Source of the DNA: Antechinus flavipes
Taxonomy: Eukaryota
Direction: 5' to 3'
Length of the DNA: 64,000 nt
Assembly: GCF_016432865.1 (NCBI RefSeq)
Contig: NC_067401.1
Coordinates: forward strand, 323,578,001-323,642,000
Position 1 is the first letter of the stretch, and each line of letters opens with the position of its first letter. The notes under the pieces are model-generated. The model did not search any database. It saw only the letters and a program-made list of their open reading frames with translations, and was not told where the DNA came from. Position numbers and translations under genes: made by a program. Of the stretch, positions 52,801-64,000 are shown piece by piece.

Positions 52801-53665
52801 TTTTATACTCTCTATATAATAGCTCTCATCTATATATTCTGGCCTTACTTTTGTCATGAATTCTAAATTCTCCTTTTATTCTTGAATATCTCCTTGATAT
52901 CCTATTAGAATCTCAAATGCAAAAGGCTTGTCTTTCCATGTGAGTCTGTCCCTTTTCTCAATTTCCCTATTTCTTTTGAATTCCTCACCATCTTTCCATT
53001 TACCCAGATTTCTAATCTAAATCATTCTTGACTATTCTCTCTCACTTAGTCCAGCCTATAACAAATTTGGTGTCAAGTCCTACCAACTCCACCTCCACAA
53101 ATTTTTATTTCTGTTCTTTTCTCTAATTTATACAACTTCCTTTTCATTTCGAGCCTTTATCTTCTCTTGCTTCACTACAATAACATACTCCTGATTGAAC
53201 TCATAATATCTAGGCTTCCCCTTCAAACAATCTTCCTTAGGAATAGGTTGGGACTCTTATAGTTACAGAAGTGGTATCTTCTTTTTATCTTTACCTATAT
53301 GTGATGCTGATTGCTTACTTCTGCCTTAACAAGTTGATACAAATTTTTACAAATATCTGGTTCAGAAATGATGCCCATTATCAATAAGCAGTCATTTCTT
53401 GTCTATTTAGAAGAGGTCAATTTCATGTTTTGTGATGTTGTTCAATTGTTCTCCATGCCCACTGCCTCCTGATCCTCACTCAAGGTCCATCCTTCCCTTA
53501 GCTGTTGAATTAAAATAAGGTTTTGATCATGGGCACGTTCTGTTCCCATTCAATAAGCTTCAGTGGCTTTCTATTACTTCCAGGATAAAACATTCAGAGT
53601 TTTTTTACAATCTGTCCCCCTCCTATCTTTATGTCTTCTTATACATTTTACACAGTTATTTACAA

Positions 53666-53730
53666 TCTAGTGATTAAGATTTGGTGCTTTCACTGCCACA
53701 GCCCGGGTTTGATTCCTGATCAGGGAACCA
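53666..53730 (+). pseudogene. tRNA-Glu(TTC)-derived copy, tRNA positions 11 to 3' end including CCA; its 3' 18 nt form the PBS of the adjacent LTR
   Basis: TCTAGTGATTAAGATTTGGTGCTTTCACTGCCACAGCCCGGGTTTGATTCCTGATCAGGGAACCA matches the mammalian TCCCTG-type tRNA-Glu at 55/65. All 10 mismatches are transitions and 7 are CpG decay. The first 10 nt are missing and CCA is genomically present. Confidence 0.9.
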
Positions 53731-53732
53731 CA

Positions 53733-54392
53733 TGATGAGGTTTAGATTTGGGGAACCCAAATGAAATTAGGGTTTCTGGTGGTCAGGAAGTTAAATGATA
53801 AGGTCTAGTGGCAAGTTCGGGGTTCAGGGAGCCAAATGGAGAAGTTTGGCTCCCCTGCACTCCCTTAAGATTCAGAGCAAGGGTAGGGAGTTTTGGGGAC
53901 TCCCTTCTGGTGATGCAGAGGATCTCTGTAAAGGAATTTACAGACCTGAAAACCTAGACAGATAAAAGAGGTTTATTACAGGGATTGGAAGTAAGATTAA
54001 AGTCTGGTTAGGGAAATAGGTGAGGGTAAAGAGAAGATGGCATTGGAAAAGAGTATACCAGTAGGCAGAGGCTTCTTGGGTAGCTAAGCATGGTATAGCT
54101 GGCATGTTTGGAACCTCTGCAAAGAGAGGATTTTACTTTGACTTTTATATTAGGGATCTTTGGCTACAAGCTGAAGGGGGTTCATGGGTGGAGTCCCAAG
54201 TTGGCTCCTAGCTGGGTTCCAGCTTCGAGCTAGAATTTGAATTGAATTCAATGAGTTTTAGGACTGAACGAACCCCACTCAGATAACAAAGATGAAACTG
54301 TTTGTCCTTTGGGGTAGGGGTCCCTCACTGAGGCTGAGTTGAAGGAGATTTTCTTCTTTAAGGATTTTCAGAGTTTGGGAGTCCCTTCTTCA
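53733..54392 (-). mobile_element. ERV LTR (660 bp) with tRNA-Glu primer-binding site
   Basis: Minus strand begins TGAAGAAGG and ends CCTCATCA (imperfect inverted termini). TATAAAAG is at 54142-54149 and AATAAA at 53972-53977. A 2-nt spacer and then TGGTTCCCTG (PBS-Glu) follow. No internal genes and no clear TSD. Confidence 0.85.
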
Positions 54393-55467
54393 CTCTGTAA
54401 TCAGGTATCAGTGAGTTCCTTGCTGTTGTTCACACAAGCCACTTCACCTCCTGACTCTGGGCATTTTCACTGGCTGTTGTCCATTGCATGAATTCAAACT
54501 ATCCTGGCTTCCTTCAAATTCCAGCTAAAATGCTATTGTTTCAAAGAAATGTTTCCTGACTTCTCTTAATACTTCCTTCCCTCTTTTAATATCTCCTTAA
54601 GATCAAGTACTATTTTGCCATTCTTTGTATTCCCAGGCCTTAGCACAGTTCCTGGCACAAAGGAGGAGCTTAATCAATGCTTATTAACTGGCTGAGTAAT
54701 TGCCTGACTAGTGAGGCTCGGTGTTCTTCATGTCTCCTGCCTTCTGATTCTCTCTCACCCTCCTCCCCCAAAAAGCCCTCATAATATACAGGTATGAAAC
54801 ATCTAAGTAGCTTATAAATTATTAATTAATAATTTTAAACTACATTTTCCAATATATATTTTGTCCTCCTATCTCCATCATTACAATGCAGTCATTACAT
54901 ACATTTATAGTGAATTAATGTGGATTTCTCTGGGTTTTTTTTTTTCATCTTTTGTCTCAGATATTAGCATAAGTTACAATTTTCTCTGTAGTGTCTCTTT
55001 TGCTTCTGGCTGTCATGAATATGGCAAGGTAACAAGTACAAGTATATGTAAAATTATGTTTCATGTTGCTTTTGGATGCATTATCAAATTGATTTTAGAC
55101 AGTCTTTTTTCCTTCCTTCTTCAAAGAAAGCCCTTGGGTCTACTTTTCATTTGGCTACAATTTCTTTTTATCTTCTGATTTCATTTAAAGCATGAAATGT
55201 CAAAAGACAGGATGTCATCTTGCTTGTTGTGGAGCAAAGGTTTCACATCTAGAGCACCTATGGTTAAATTGATATTTGTATTTAACAAAAATTAACAAAT
55301 TTTATCAGCTTTCAGTTGCCTTTCTTGCCAATCTCCTAGTAACTATAGTAATATTTAGAGAGAGGCCCCAAAGGATTAAAGATCATTTTGTATTTTGTTT
55401 CATGGATTGTCATAGTCAAAGAATTCATCACATTATGTCCAGTTTATTCATGATAAAATCCTTTACA

Positions 55468-56090
55468 CTGTGATCCAGATCTGTATCCCAAAAGGATTAA
55501 AAAAGAAAAAGGAATTATAGCTTATAGCTATGAAATTATTTATATCCTCTCTTTTTTGTGGTGGCAAAGAATTGGTAATTGAGAGGATGCCCATCAATTA
55601 AAAAACTACTAAACAAATTGTGGTATACGTTGTGACGGAATACTACTATGCTATAAGAAATGAGCAAGATAGTTTCAGAAAAACCTGGGAAGGCTTCTAT
55701 AATCTAATACAAAGTGAAATGAGCAGAAGTAGGAGAAAACTATATACAGTAAAATATTGTCCAATGATCAACTGTGAATGACTTTGCTATTATCAGCAAT
55801 ACTTGACAAGTATCCAAGACAATTCTGATGGACTTATGATGAAAAAAATGTTATCTACGTACACCAGAGGGAAAAAATGAGTCTGAGTGCATATTAAAGC
55901 ATAATTTTTCATTTTGTCTGTCTTGCTTTTTTGGCAACATAGTTAATATGGAAATGTTTTGCATGATTTTACATGAATAATTGATATTGTGTTTCCTGTC
56001 TTTTCAATGAATGAGGGAGACACAGGATGGATGGAAAGAATTCAAATCTCAATTTAAAAAAAAAAAAGAATTTTAAAAAAATAAATAATT
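55468..56090 (+). mobile_element. Old LINE-1 ORF2 3' end and 3' UTR
   Basis: GTGGCAAAGAATTGG.AATTGAG.GGATGCCCATCAATT..., AAGTGAAATGAGCAGAA..AGGAGAA, then an A-rich end. Confidence 0.8.
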
Positions 56091-57859
56091 AATTAAATAT
56101 TTTGAAGTGAGAAATCTGAGGCTTGAAGAGAGTTAAGTAGATTGCCTTGTGTTGAGGTAGCATCCAACCCAGGTCTCTTGACTCCAAAGTTTAGCCCTCT
56201 TTCTGTGTCATTATGCTCCCTTTCAAAAGCCAAAAATATTTTCCAAAAGTGGAATTGTAAGTCTTTTTGAAAATAATCATAATAGATCACAAATGAAAAA
56301 GGAAGATGGAGATAGATGAAGGTAATAAAAGCACTCATTCAACCACTATTTATTGAGCACAAACAGGTACAAAATGATAACAACAGGAACATGAAGTACA
56401 AAGTAAAAATCAGACAGCCTGTCCAGAAAGATAAATAAGACAAGAAACAGAAATACAGAATTACCACATTATAAAACTGTTTTGAGAGGGAAATTTTTAT
56501 CAAAAAATTATGTAGGGATGTGAGTGGAATAAAATAGGAAAGAGACAGAAAATAACTTTCAAGGTGACCAAAAGAAAAATAATTTTTAAAAAGTTAAATA
56601 GGAAAGAAAAAAGAAATTTGTATTACTGAAAGCAAAATGAGCAGCTTGGACTAAACAACTTCTATGTCCCTTACATTTGAAATCCTACCTTCCTATAGTA
56701 AAAACATTCACTGTAATTTTGCCAGATGTATCCAAGTACATTACAAGTTACAAGGCTTAGGTCTAATAGCAGCTTTGTCACTAATTAGCCCCATGACCTT
56801 GAGTAAAAATCATTATTACTTTCTACTCTCAGTTTCTACATTTACAAAATAAACAATTGAATTAGATAATATAAATGCCCTTTCTGACTCTAAAATCCCA
56901 TGTCCCTATAATTTCCATTCCAAAAACATGTAAGAGAAAAATCTTCCAATAACAATACTCCTATTTTTTACAGGAGAAATTGAACTCTCCCACCACTCAC
57001 AAACCCAGAGGATGTTTTGATGTGACAAAAAGCCACATGGATTCTACAATTCAAAGAATCAAAGCAAAAACATATCATATGCGGGGATTAGACAAGGGGG
57101 AAGGATGGCTCGTATTCATTTAAGAGCAATCTTGCTTTCTTGATTGTTTTTACAACTACCTTATTTGAATTCAAATCTTTACAATTAAGATATAGTAACC
57201 AATTTTCCAAAGCTCCATTAATTCCTTCAGTCAGAAAATCTCTTACTGAATTTATTTAATAAAGCCTAGAGGTAAATCTCTATAGTTAAATTTAGTGCCA
57301 GAAGAAGCTGGGTTTTTTAAACAATTAAGTAAAATGAGATAAAGCTATCTTAATTCCCATCAAGGAGTGATGAACAGACCTCATTTAAAAAAAGAACTTT
57401 AAACCTTAAGCCTATCAATAGCATCAAGTAAAAAAGGAATAAAATGAAAAGACTAACAGGAAGCCCAGTCCTATAATGGACAGAAAAACCTTTTCTTATC
57501 TGCTAGACAAAATGACGTGACATAGAATTTTATTCCTTAGACCTTATTCTTCCTTTCTTGTGTGGATCAGCTTCAGATGATCACTAAAATTTTGATGTAT
57601 AACTAATTTTACCCCTCCCCGAAAAGAATTATAAAACACAAACATGGTTTAATGTACTGTCTACACTGACAAGGAGTCTAGGAAATGGGTGCCTAGTGGT
57701 GTTCAGTTTCCAAAATATGGAAACTCTACAGCAGACCTGGATTTGAATTCTGACTTTGGCACTTAAAGCCCAAGCCACCTTGAATAAGACAGATACCTTC
57801 TCTGAGTCCCTGTTTCCTCATAGACTCAAATGAATCTGTTGTATCTCATTAACTTGGAG

Positions 57860-58255
57860 GTTCCCAGCAATTATTCATCACGACCCATCTCATTGATAAA
57901 ATACTTATCCATGTTCCAGCCTACATTCCACACAGGCAAGTCTATCCAATATGCTGAGAATTGACTTTTCTCTATCCTAATATCACAAGAGTCACAGTGA
58001 AGCACCCTGGCTGACCACCTGTTGTTCCTCATTCGACATAAAATCAACCTTTCTTCATTTCCTAACATAATTCCTTGTTGACAAGCTTTACTTTTGATTC
58101 CTTCTTAGTTTTATATGGCAGTCTGCTCATGTCCACCAAAAGTCTCTCCATTGGTTTCTGAACAGTACTCATTTTTAATTCTTCAGAAACAGTAGGCTTC
58201 CATAACTCACTGTCATATAGCAACACTGATAAAATGTTTAAAAGATGGACTTTTG
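57860..58255 (-). mobile_element. RTE-family LINE fragment (a different, older RTE lineage)
   Basis: Minus frames give KVHLL.NILSVLLYDSELW....SEE.K....QK.MER.LV..SRL (~KAHLFN.NILP.LLYG.ESW) and W...VLH (RTE C-terminal). Confidence 0.75.
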
Positions 58256-58257
58256 CA

Positions 58258-58420
58258 GGGCAGCAAGGTGGCACAGTGGAAGTCCTATGCCTTGAAGTCA
58301 GGAGGACCTGAGTTCAAATTTGGCCTCAGACATTTAACACTTCCAGCTGTGTGACCCTGGGCAAGTCACTTAACCCTGACTGCCTCAGCAAAAAACAAAC
58401 AACAACAACAACAACAAAAA
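58258..58420 (+). mobile_element. WSINE1-type SINE with (CAA)n tail
   Basis: GGGCAGCAAGGTGGCACAGTGGA...GGAGGACCTGAGTTCAAAT...GGGCAAGTCACTTAACCC...GCCTCAGC. Confidence 0.88.
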
Positions 58421-58517
58421 CCATCAAAAAGAAATCGTATTTATCTTTTGATATACACTGGAAAATCAGTGTACAATACTTAAGCTAGGTAACAGGAAAC
58501 TTTTTTTGTTGTGAATG

Positions 58518-58830
58518 TGTTGTGACCAGCTAATGGTGGTTGAAAATAAAGAAACAGGGTTGCTGGTAATTCAACAGAGCCATTTATTAAGAGAAATCAT
58601 GCTGCTTATATATCTTAAAACATATTATTATGAAAGGCATTGTTATGTGACCAACCCTGGTTTCTATTTTCTATGATCTAACTCTCTGAAACATGTTGTT
58701 AGTTTCTAGGGATTCAATCTTGTGTAAAGTTCACAATGCCCCTGTAATTGTGCCAGCACCTCATGTTTTCTCATGATTTCAAGTACTCGAGTTCGAGTTG
58801 GTATGCACTGCTTGTGTACTTCTCACCATT
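58518..58830 (-). mobile_element. Probable LTR remnant
   Basis: Starts TGTTGTGA on the plus strand. Minus-strand AATAAA at about 58590 and TATATAAG at about 58610 are in LTR order. The right boundary and TSD are unclear. Confidence 0.45.
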
Positions 58831-59382
58831 CTAGCCTCTGCCATATGGCCTGATCCAATTGTTATCAGTCAGATAGACAAAGGAAAGTAGATGTCTTTGC
58901 CTACAGAAAGCATAAAGGGTCCCCTCCCCCCGGAAATGGAAATGGGAAATAGGGATGAAAGAAAAAAATTAATAAGAGGCAAAGTCCAAAATAGTTGTCT
59001 GGGAGAAATTCTTGGTATGCAGTAAACCAAAGGAATCTCCCCTATCTCTATCGGATTCAAGTTTTCCCCTTAGAGGATAAATTCTTTATCTTCTACAGAT
59101 AAGCATTAATACACTAGTTCTAAAAAGTGAGACATGAATTGTTTTGTTTTGTTTTTAGTGGGGAGACAGAACAAAGTATTCCCAAAATTAAATTAAACTT
59201 CAGCTAGCAACAAAAATTTATAACAAATATAAAGAAAATAAAGAAATGCAGAAAGAAATATAAAATGAAGGGAGCCAAAACAGTATGCACATTGCTCCTA
59301 AACAATAACAATCATTTAATAAATAGCTATCATGTTCCAGATGATATACAAGGTACTAGATTACAATTACATGAAGATTTTT

Positions 59383-59552
59383 TTTATTATACTTTTTTAT
59401 TTACAAGATATGTGCATGGGTAATTTTTCAGCATTGATCCTTACAAAACCTTCTTTTCCAACTTTTCCCCCTCTTCCTTCTATCCCCTCCCATAGATGGC
59501 AGCTAGACCCATACATGTTAAATATGTTAAAGTATATGTTAAAGACAATATA
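59383..59552 (-). mobile_element. Very short (170 bp) LINE-1 3' end insertion
   Basis: Reverse complement of a marsupial L1 3' UTR with a T-rich tail. Exact 18-bp TSD AATTACATGAAGATTTTT at 59365-59382 and 59553-59570, at a TT/AAAA site. Confidence 0.9.
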
Positions 59553-62500
59553 AATTACATGAAGATTTTTAAAGAAAATGAATCCATGGTTGTTTTGCTA
59601 TAAGGTTTTCAGAAATTCTGAATGATACTCATAGTATTATTTAAAATATATATCTAACATTACCTAATTATATCTCCTCCAAATTCTTTTGGCATTTATA
59701 TTCTCAAAACATTTGAGGAGTGAGAAAGGAAATTTGTATGTTGCCATTCTTGAAAGCTTTCAGATAGTTCCTTGGGGTGGGGAAGGGCTGGCTGTAAAGG
59801 GATTTAGGAAAAGAGATTAGGAGATCTTTGGGCCCCACAAAAGTCTGGGGACATTGAAAAACAGACAGGGGCAGAGCAGAGAAAATTATAATGAAATGGG
59901 TATCCTCCAAACACAGATGAGGTACCAGGAGACAGCAAGAAGTTAAGAACATAAAAGCAAGCAGCTGATGGTGTCTTCTCTCTTCCTTAGTCTTCTGGGA
60001 GAGAGAATTCTTCCTCCTAAAGCTTTCTCATTATGCCATGGTATTTATTTTTTTTTTTTGTTGTTGTTAAGTTAATTTGTTTAAAGATAGCTCTTCTTGT
60101 TTTGCTGGGGGGGTTTTGTTTTACTGCAAATGGCTAAGTAGACTAAAGAGGTTGAAGGGAAGGGGGCAATTTTGAAGAGGTGTTTAGATTTTACAAAATA
60201 TATAAGGGAGGATCTTGCCTGTAGTTGAGACCACTAGGAAAGGGGGCAAGTACTATTGTATTAGTCATTTATACTATAGGTTTCTTAGCTAAAATTTCAA
60301 GGGCATAATTGAAAAAGAACTTGAGGCTCTTTCAGTTTGTACCTCAGACCAAGAATTTGTCTTTTATCTCCATTGGTTGCAGTCACTTAGTGTGACTCCC
60401 TCAGACAGCCTGGTACATTCTTGAAAGGAAATATTTCTCCTTTACTTCATCTCATATCTCTATAGAAAATGAGACTAAGAGAAAAGGGATAAGAGGAGGG
60501 GACCTAAAAGAAAAGTACTGTACTACGTGGTCCAGGAGACTGGGATACAGGTTGGTTTATAAGGTTTTTACCTCATTCCTTCCTAATTGAGAGAAGCTGT
60601 AATTGGGGAAGAATACCCAGGTTCTACAGGAACAACTAAGGGCTATATATTAAAAAAAAGAAAAAAAAAAGCTGTAATTTACCAGAAATTCAAGGCTTTG
60701 TATTAAGATGATAATATCTATGACATTCTATACTGATGTAAAGAATGGGCAAGTCAATTTTTGACGGTATAATCTAAATGCTAAACGTCCAAAACTTAGT
60801 ATCATATCTCAAAATAAAGCAATAGTATTCTTTTTTAAAATCAGTATTATATACTCAAATAAAAGGAGAATACTATGGATGGGCATGATACATTTGTCTT
60901 ATTAAGAAAACATTTTCTTAATATCTACTACTACTTGGTGTGCAGGACACCAAGGAGGGGATTAAAAAAATAAATAAGACCCTTTCTCTATTCTCAAGAA
61001 AAGTAAAGTCAGGAAGAAGAGATAAAACCTGAACAAAAAGTAAAATACAAAACAGATGAGAAATACACAAGACAGGTATAGTAAATCCTCAATACTAGCA
61101 CACTGAATTTTCTTGATTTCGACCATTGATTTCCAATGATTTTATTAGCAACCTCATTTTCTCTTTTGTGGTGGCAACCAAGCATATTCATACCTATGCT
61201 GAGTACAGGGGAAAAAATTTTTTAAAAAGCAAAGTATAATGTATATAAGTCCATAGAATGGCTGATATCTTTCTACTGATCTTGTCGTTCTACCATAAAA
61301 AAGAACTCCCCATGCATTTATTCAATCGTTTCATTGTTTCCCTTTAAAATTCAAGTTTTGTGCTGCAGTGATGCATAGTACATAATATAAGTCCGTTGGG
61401 TCCTAAGACCGAGGGCAAAGTCAGTGATGCAGCTGAATAAGAAAATAAAGGTGCTAGATAAACTTCATGCTGGTATGTCCTTAAGCCATTGTCAGCAGTG
61501 AGACCCTGAAAGATCTCAGTCCATAAGCAGATGTGGCTGACAAACCACAGACAGTTCGTTCACTTTCTATAAGTGGACCATTCTTGTAAAGCAATTTTAA
61601 GTGATACAAATTCCTCTGAAAACAGTGGGAGGGGGAAAAGGGAGCCAAGAACCTGTAGAGAGGGGAGGGAAATGGCCAGCACTGAGTTCAAGGACACAGG
61701 GATCAAGTGCAGAGAGCAAGAGGAAATACATTGAAGCAAGGGCCAGTCACTCAGGGACCTGATCAGAATTAAGAACACTTGGCAGGTTGTGGAGGTGGAC
61801 AGATGGGGGCCAAATGCATACATAGAAGATAGATACGTTGGACCAGACACTTGGTGGATGGGCTGACATAGGGATGCTAAAGGTGCTGACAAAAGTCACA
61901 AGCCACGCTCCCATTTGGCTACAGTAGCAGCACTTTTAGCTATCTATTCCCCTCCTTTCACTTGGAGGTTTTTGTTTTATTTTTGTTTTTGTGTTTGCTG
62001 TTATTGGTTGTTTCTTTTTTTTTGGGGGGGGGGGCGGAGTAAGTGATATTGGGTACAGTAGGAAGAGGTCATGAAGCACTGATCAAAAAGCAGAGAAACA
62101 GAGAGAGCAAAGACACACAGAACAGTAAAAAAGTTAACTGGCATGTATTTTTTTATTTGGTTTTGGAATGCTGAATTCCCTCAGCATTCTTTATTTAAAG
62201 TCAAAATTTGCAAAATGCAGAATTTACATAAAGTGAGAACTGTCTGTATTTCAAGCTGGTTTATCTTTCACCAATTACCATCAATAAACCATGAAAGACA
62301 GAGTGCTGGAAGTATCTTCTTTTAGCCTCAGTGAGTAAAGTCCCAGAAAACACCCTCTTGGTTTTCAAAGGTCTGCCCAAGATAAGAGAGGTTTACAGGA
62401 ATGTAACATACAGTCCAATGCCCTCATATTGCCTTCTGACAAAATGGAAGTTAAGATTTCAGGTTAAAAAATGTTTTTGTTCTAAGAATTTCATTTGCCA

Positions 62501-62896
62501 TACAGTATTTAGGGTACTGGAGATTTCAAGTGTTATTTGAAATGAATTTCAAATGAATATTACCTGAAATTAATAGTGGTTTTTTTTTTTTTTTCTGTTT
62601 TTTTTTATTGAGATGTTAGCACAAAAGATAACAGAATCCTAGGGGATTATTAGTGAGAAATAAAAATGCTCTGCCATGTTACCACTTTTACTTTGTATAC
62701 GGCATTTTATGGATTATTTCAAGGTTACTATGTTAGGAAAAGTGCATATTATCAGAATTAATGTTTTGTCATAAGAAATTGATATGGTATAGTTTCTAGG
62801 GAAATACAGATGTGATTTTGGGGTCCCCTGATCTTGGGGTGGTCCTTCTATTCTGGCAATCTCTCTGATTCAAAATCCTCTGGCTTTGCCACACTG

Positions 62897-62899
62897 ACA

Positions 62900-62968
<69 letters not shown>
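62897..62968 (+). repeat. (CA)n microsatellite, about 35 units
   Basis: Seen directly. Confidence 0.97.
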
Positions 62969-62970
<2 letters not shown>

Positions 62971-64000
62971 AACCTAGTAATGCTACTGTTCTGACAATTT
63001 GCCTGATTCTGGAGACTACTCCTCAATTCATTACTGACTGCTAATCTTGTCAGTAGATCACTCCTCCATCCTACCTATAAGCCATAAAATTAGCATTTTA
63101 ATGACAGAAAGCTGGATAAATGTATCTCCTTTCTGTTTTGCTTCTAATTTCTTTAGGAAATTTAGCCACTTTGTAATGGTGGTACAATTACAATAAACTT
63201 TGCTCCTTGACTAAGAAATGGGTTCAAGCCTGCAAATTCTTTTGAGATACTTCTTGATATTGGCCTATGACCCCAAACTTTTGAGGTCCCCCTTCCCAAT
63301 CTCAACAGAATCATATGCAGAAAAATGTATTTTAATAATCTAGTGAAAAACTATAAGTTTTGGTAGTTACAGGGAATCTAATCTATTTCCTGTTTTCAAT
63401 GTATCAACATTCATATTTTTTTACTTTTGTGCCATTTTCTAAGAGTATAACCCCCAAAAAAGTTGAGGATGGATTGTATATACAAAATGCTATATAGAAG
63501 TTTGAAAGCAAGAATAGAAAAAAATATTTTCAAAATAAAACAAGATATTTCAACAAAAACTTCTTAGACAGCAAAACAAGTGCTTAAATTTGAAATGTTT
63601 GTCCTACCAGCAAATATTTCCATAAAGGAAACCTTTGTTCGAATCGCTGAAGTAACTATTTATTTATTTATTTAGATAATAAATCAGATAGCATTTAGGA
63701 TTTATCTGATCTAGTGTCTGAAAGTATGTCTATACTCTTAGGCTCCTATCCATGTGACACTTAATTATTTCTGTTCAAACTGTGCTTGTATAATGGCAAT
63801 TCTAGAATAGAAATACTCTACAAGAATTGATGTCAAGAGTTCTGCCACTTAATGGAAGATTGTTAAATCTTCTTTTCCTTAAAATTCAAAACAAAATATA
63901 GATCCAATAGATTGGCTTATTTTCAATTACAGAGTTTCAGAGACACACAATATAGAAGTAAGGAGCTAATAAGATGCTACTTATAAAAGGCCAGGGTCAG

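Larger units (their letters stand above)
52860..54700 (+). mobile_element. L2-related fossil interrupted by the tRNA-LTR insertion
   Basis: Pyrimidine-rich L2-like body at 52860-53665 resumes after 54392 (TTCCTTGCTGTT...CTCTGGGCATTTTCACTGGCTG) and ends with CCTTAGCACAGTTCCTGGCACA.AGGAGG.GCTTAAT.AATGCTT at about 54690. Confidence 0.65.

Noticed and set aside
53666-53730. Functional tRNA-Glu gene
   Set aside because: It lacks the 5' acceptor strand and part of the A box, has encoded CCA and CpG decay, and has no Pol III terminator. It is a reverse-transcribed copy.
57050-57064. Tandem TCF/LEF-like motifs TTCAAAG-A-ATCAAAG
   Set aside because: Short AT-rich motifs are common in this composition and there is no independent support.
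62166-62189. 9-bp stem hairpin GAATGCTGA/TCAGCATTC
   Set aside because: One or more stems of this size are expected by chance in 64 kb, and it is too short for a pre-miRNA.
1-64000. CRISPR arrays, operons, other prokaryotic systems, and the remaining short ORFs in the track
   Set aside because: This is vertebrate intronic DNA with no regularly spaced repeat-spacer arrays. The remaining 60-110 aa ORFs are low-complexity, overlap repeats or show no recognisable homology.

Overview
Marsupial genomic DNA, probably a dasyurid such as Tasmanian devil. This is inferred from WSINE1-type and Mar1-type SINEs, RTE and L3 fossils and a young L1. The DNA is AT-rich and CpG-poor, with two N gaps. The only recognisable host gene is NHSL1 on the minus strand. 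Two coding exons are visible: a 58-nt alternative first exon (19491-19434, MVIFINAKIKSLIKLFKKK) and the 153-nt common exon 2 (15632-15480, [21 protein letters not shown]...LKSVLR), which join in frame. I did not find exon 3 or the more distal first exons. The rest is intronic or upstream DNA dominated by LINE, SINE, LTR and MITE fossils. The most unusual structure is at 53666-54392: a single LTR followed by a 65-nt copy of its tRNA-Glu primer including CCA, rather than an 18-nt primer-binding site. It looks like an integrated reverse-transcription intermediate. Other points are a protein-level ancient CR1/L2-group reverse-transcriptase fossil at about 8.7-9.3 kb, LTRs oriented sense to NHSL1, overlapping microsatellite palindromes and nested perfect tandem duplications. 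All family names and alignments come from visual comparison with remembered consensus sequences; no searches were run.
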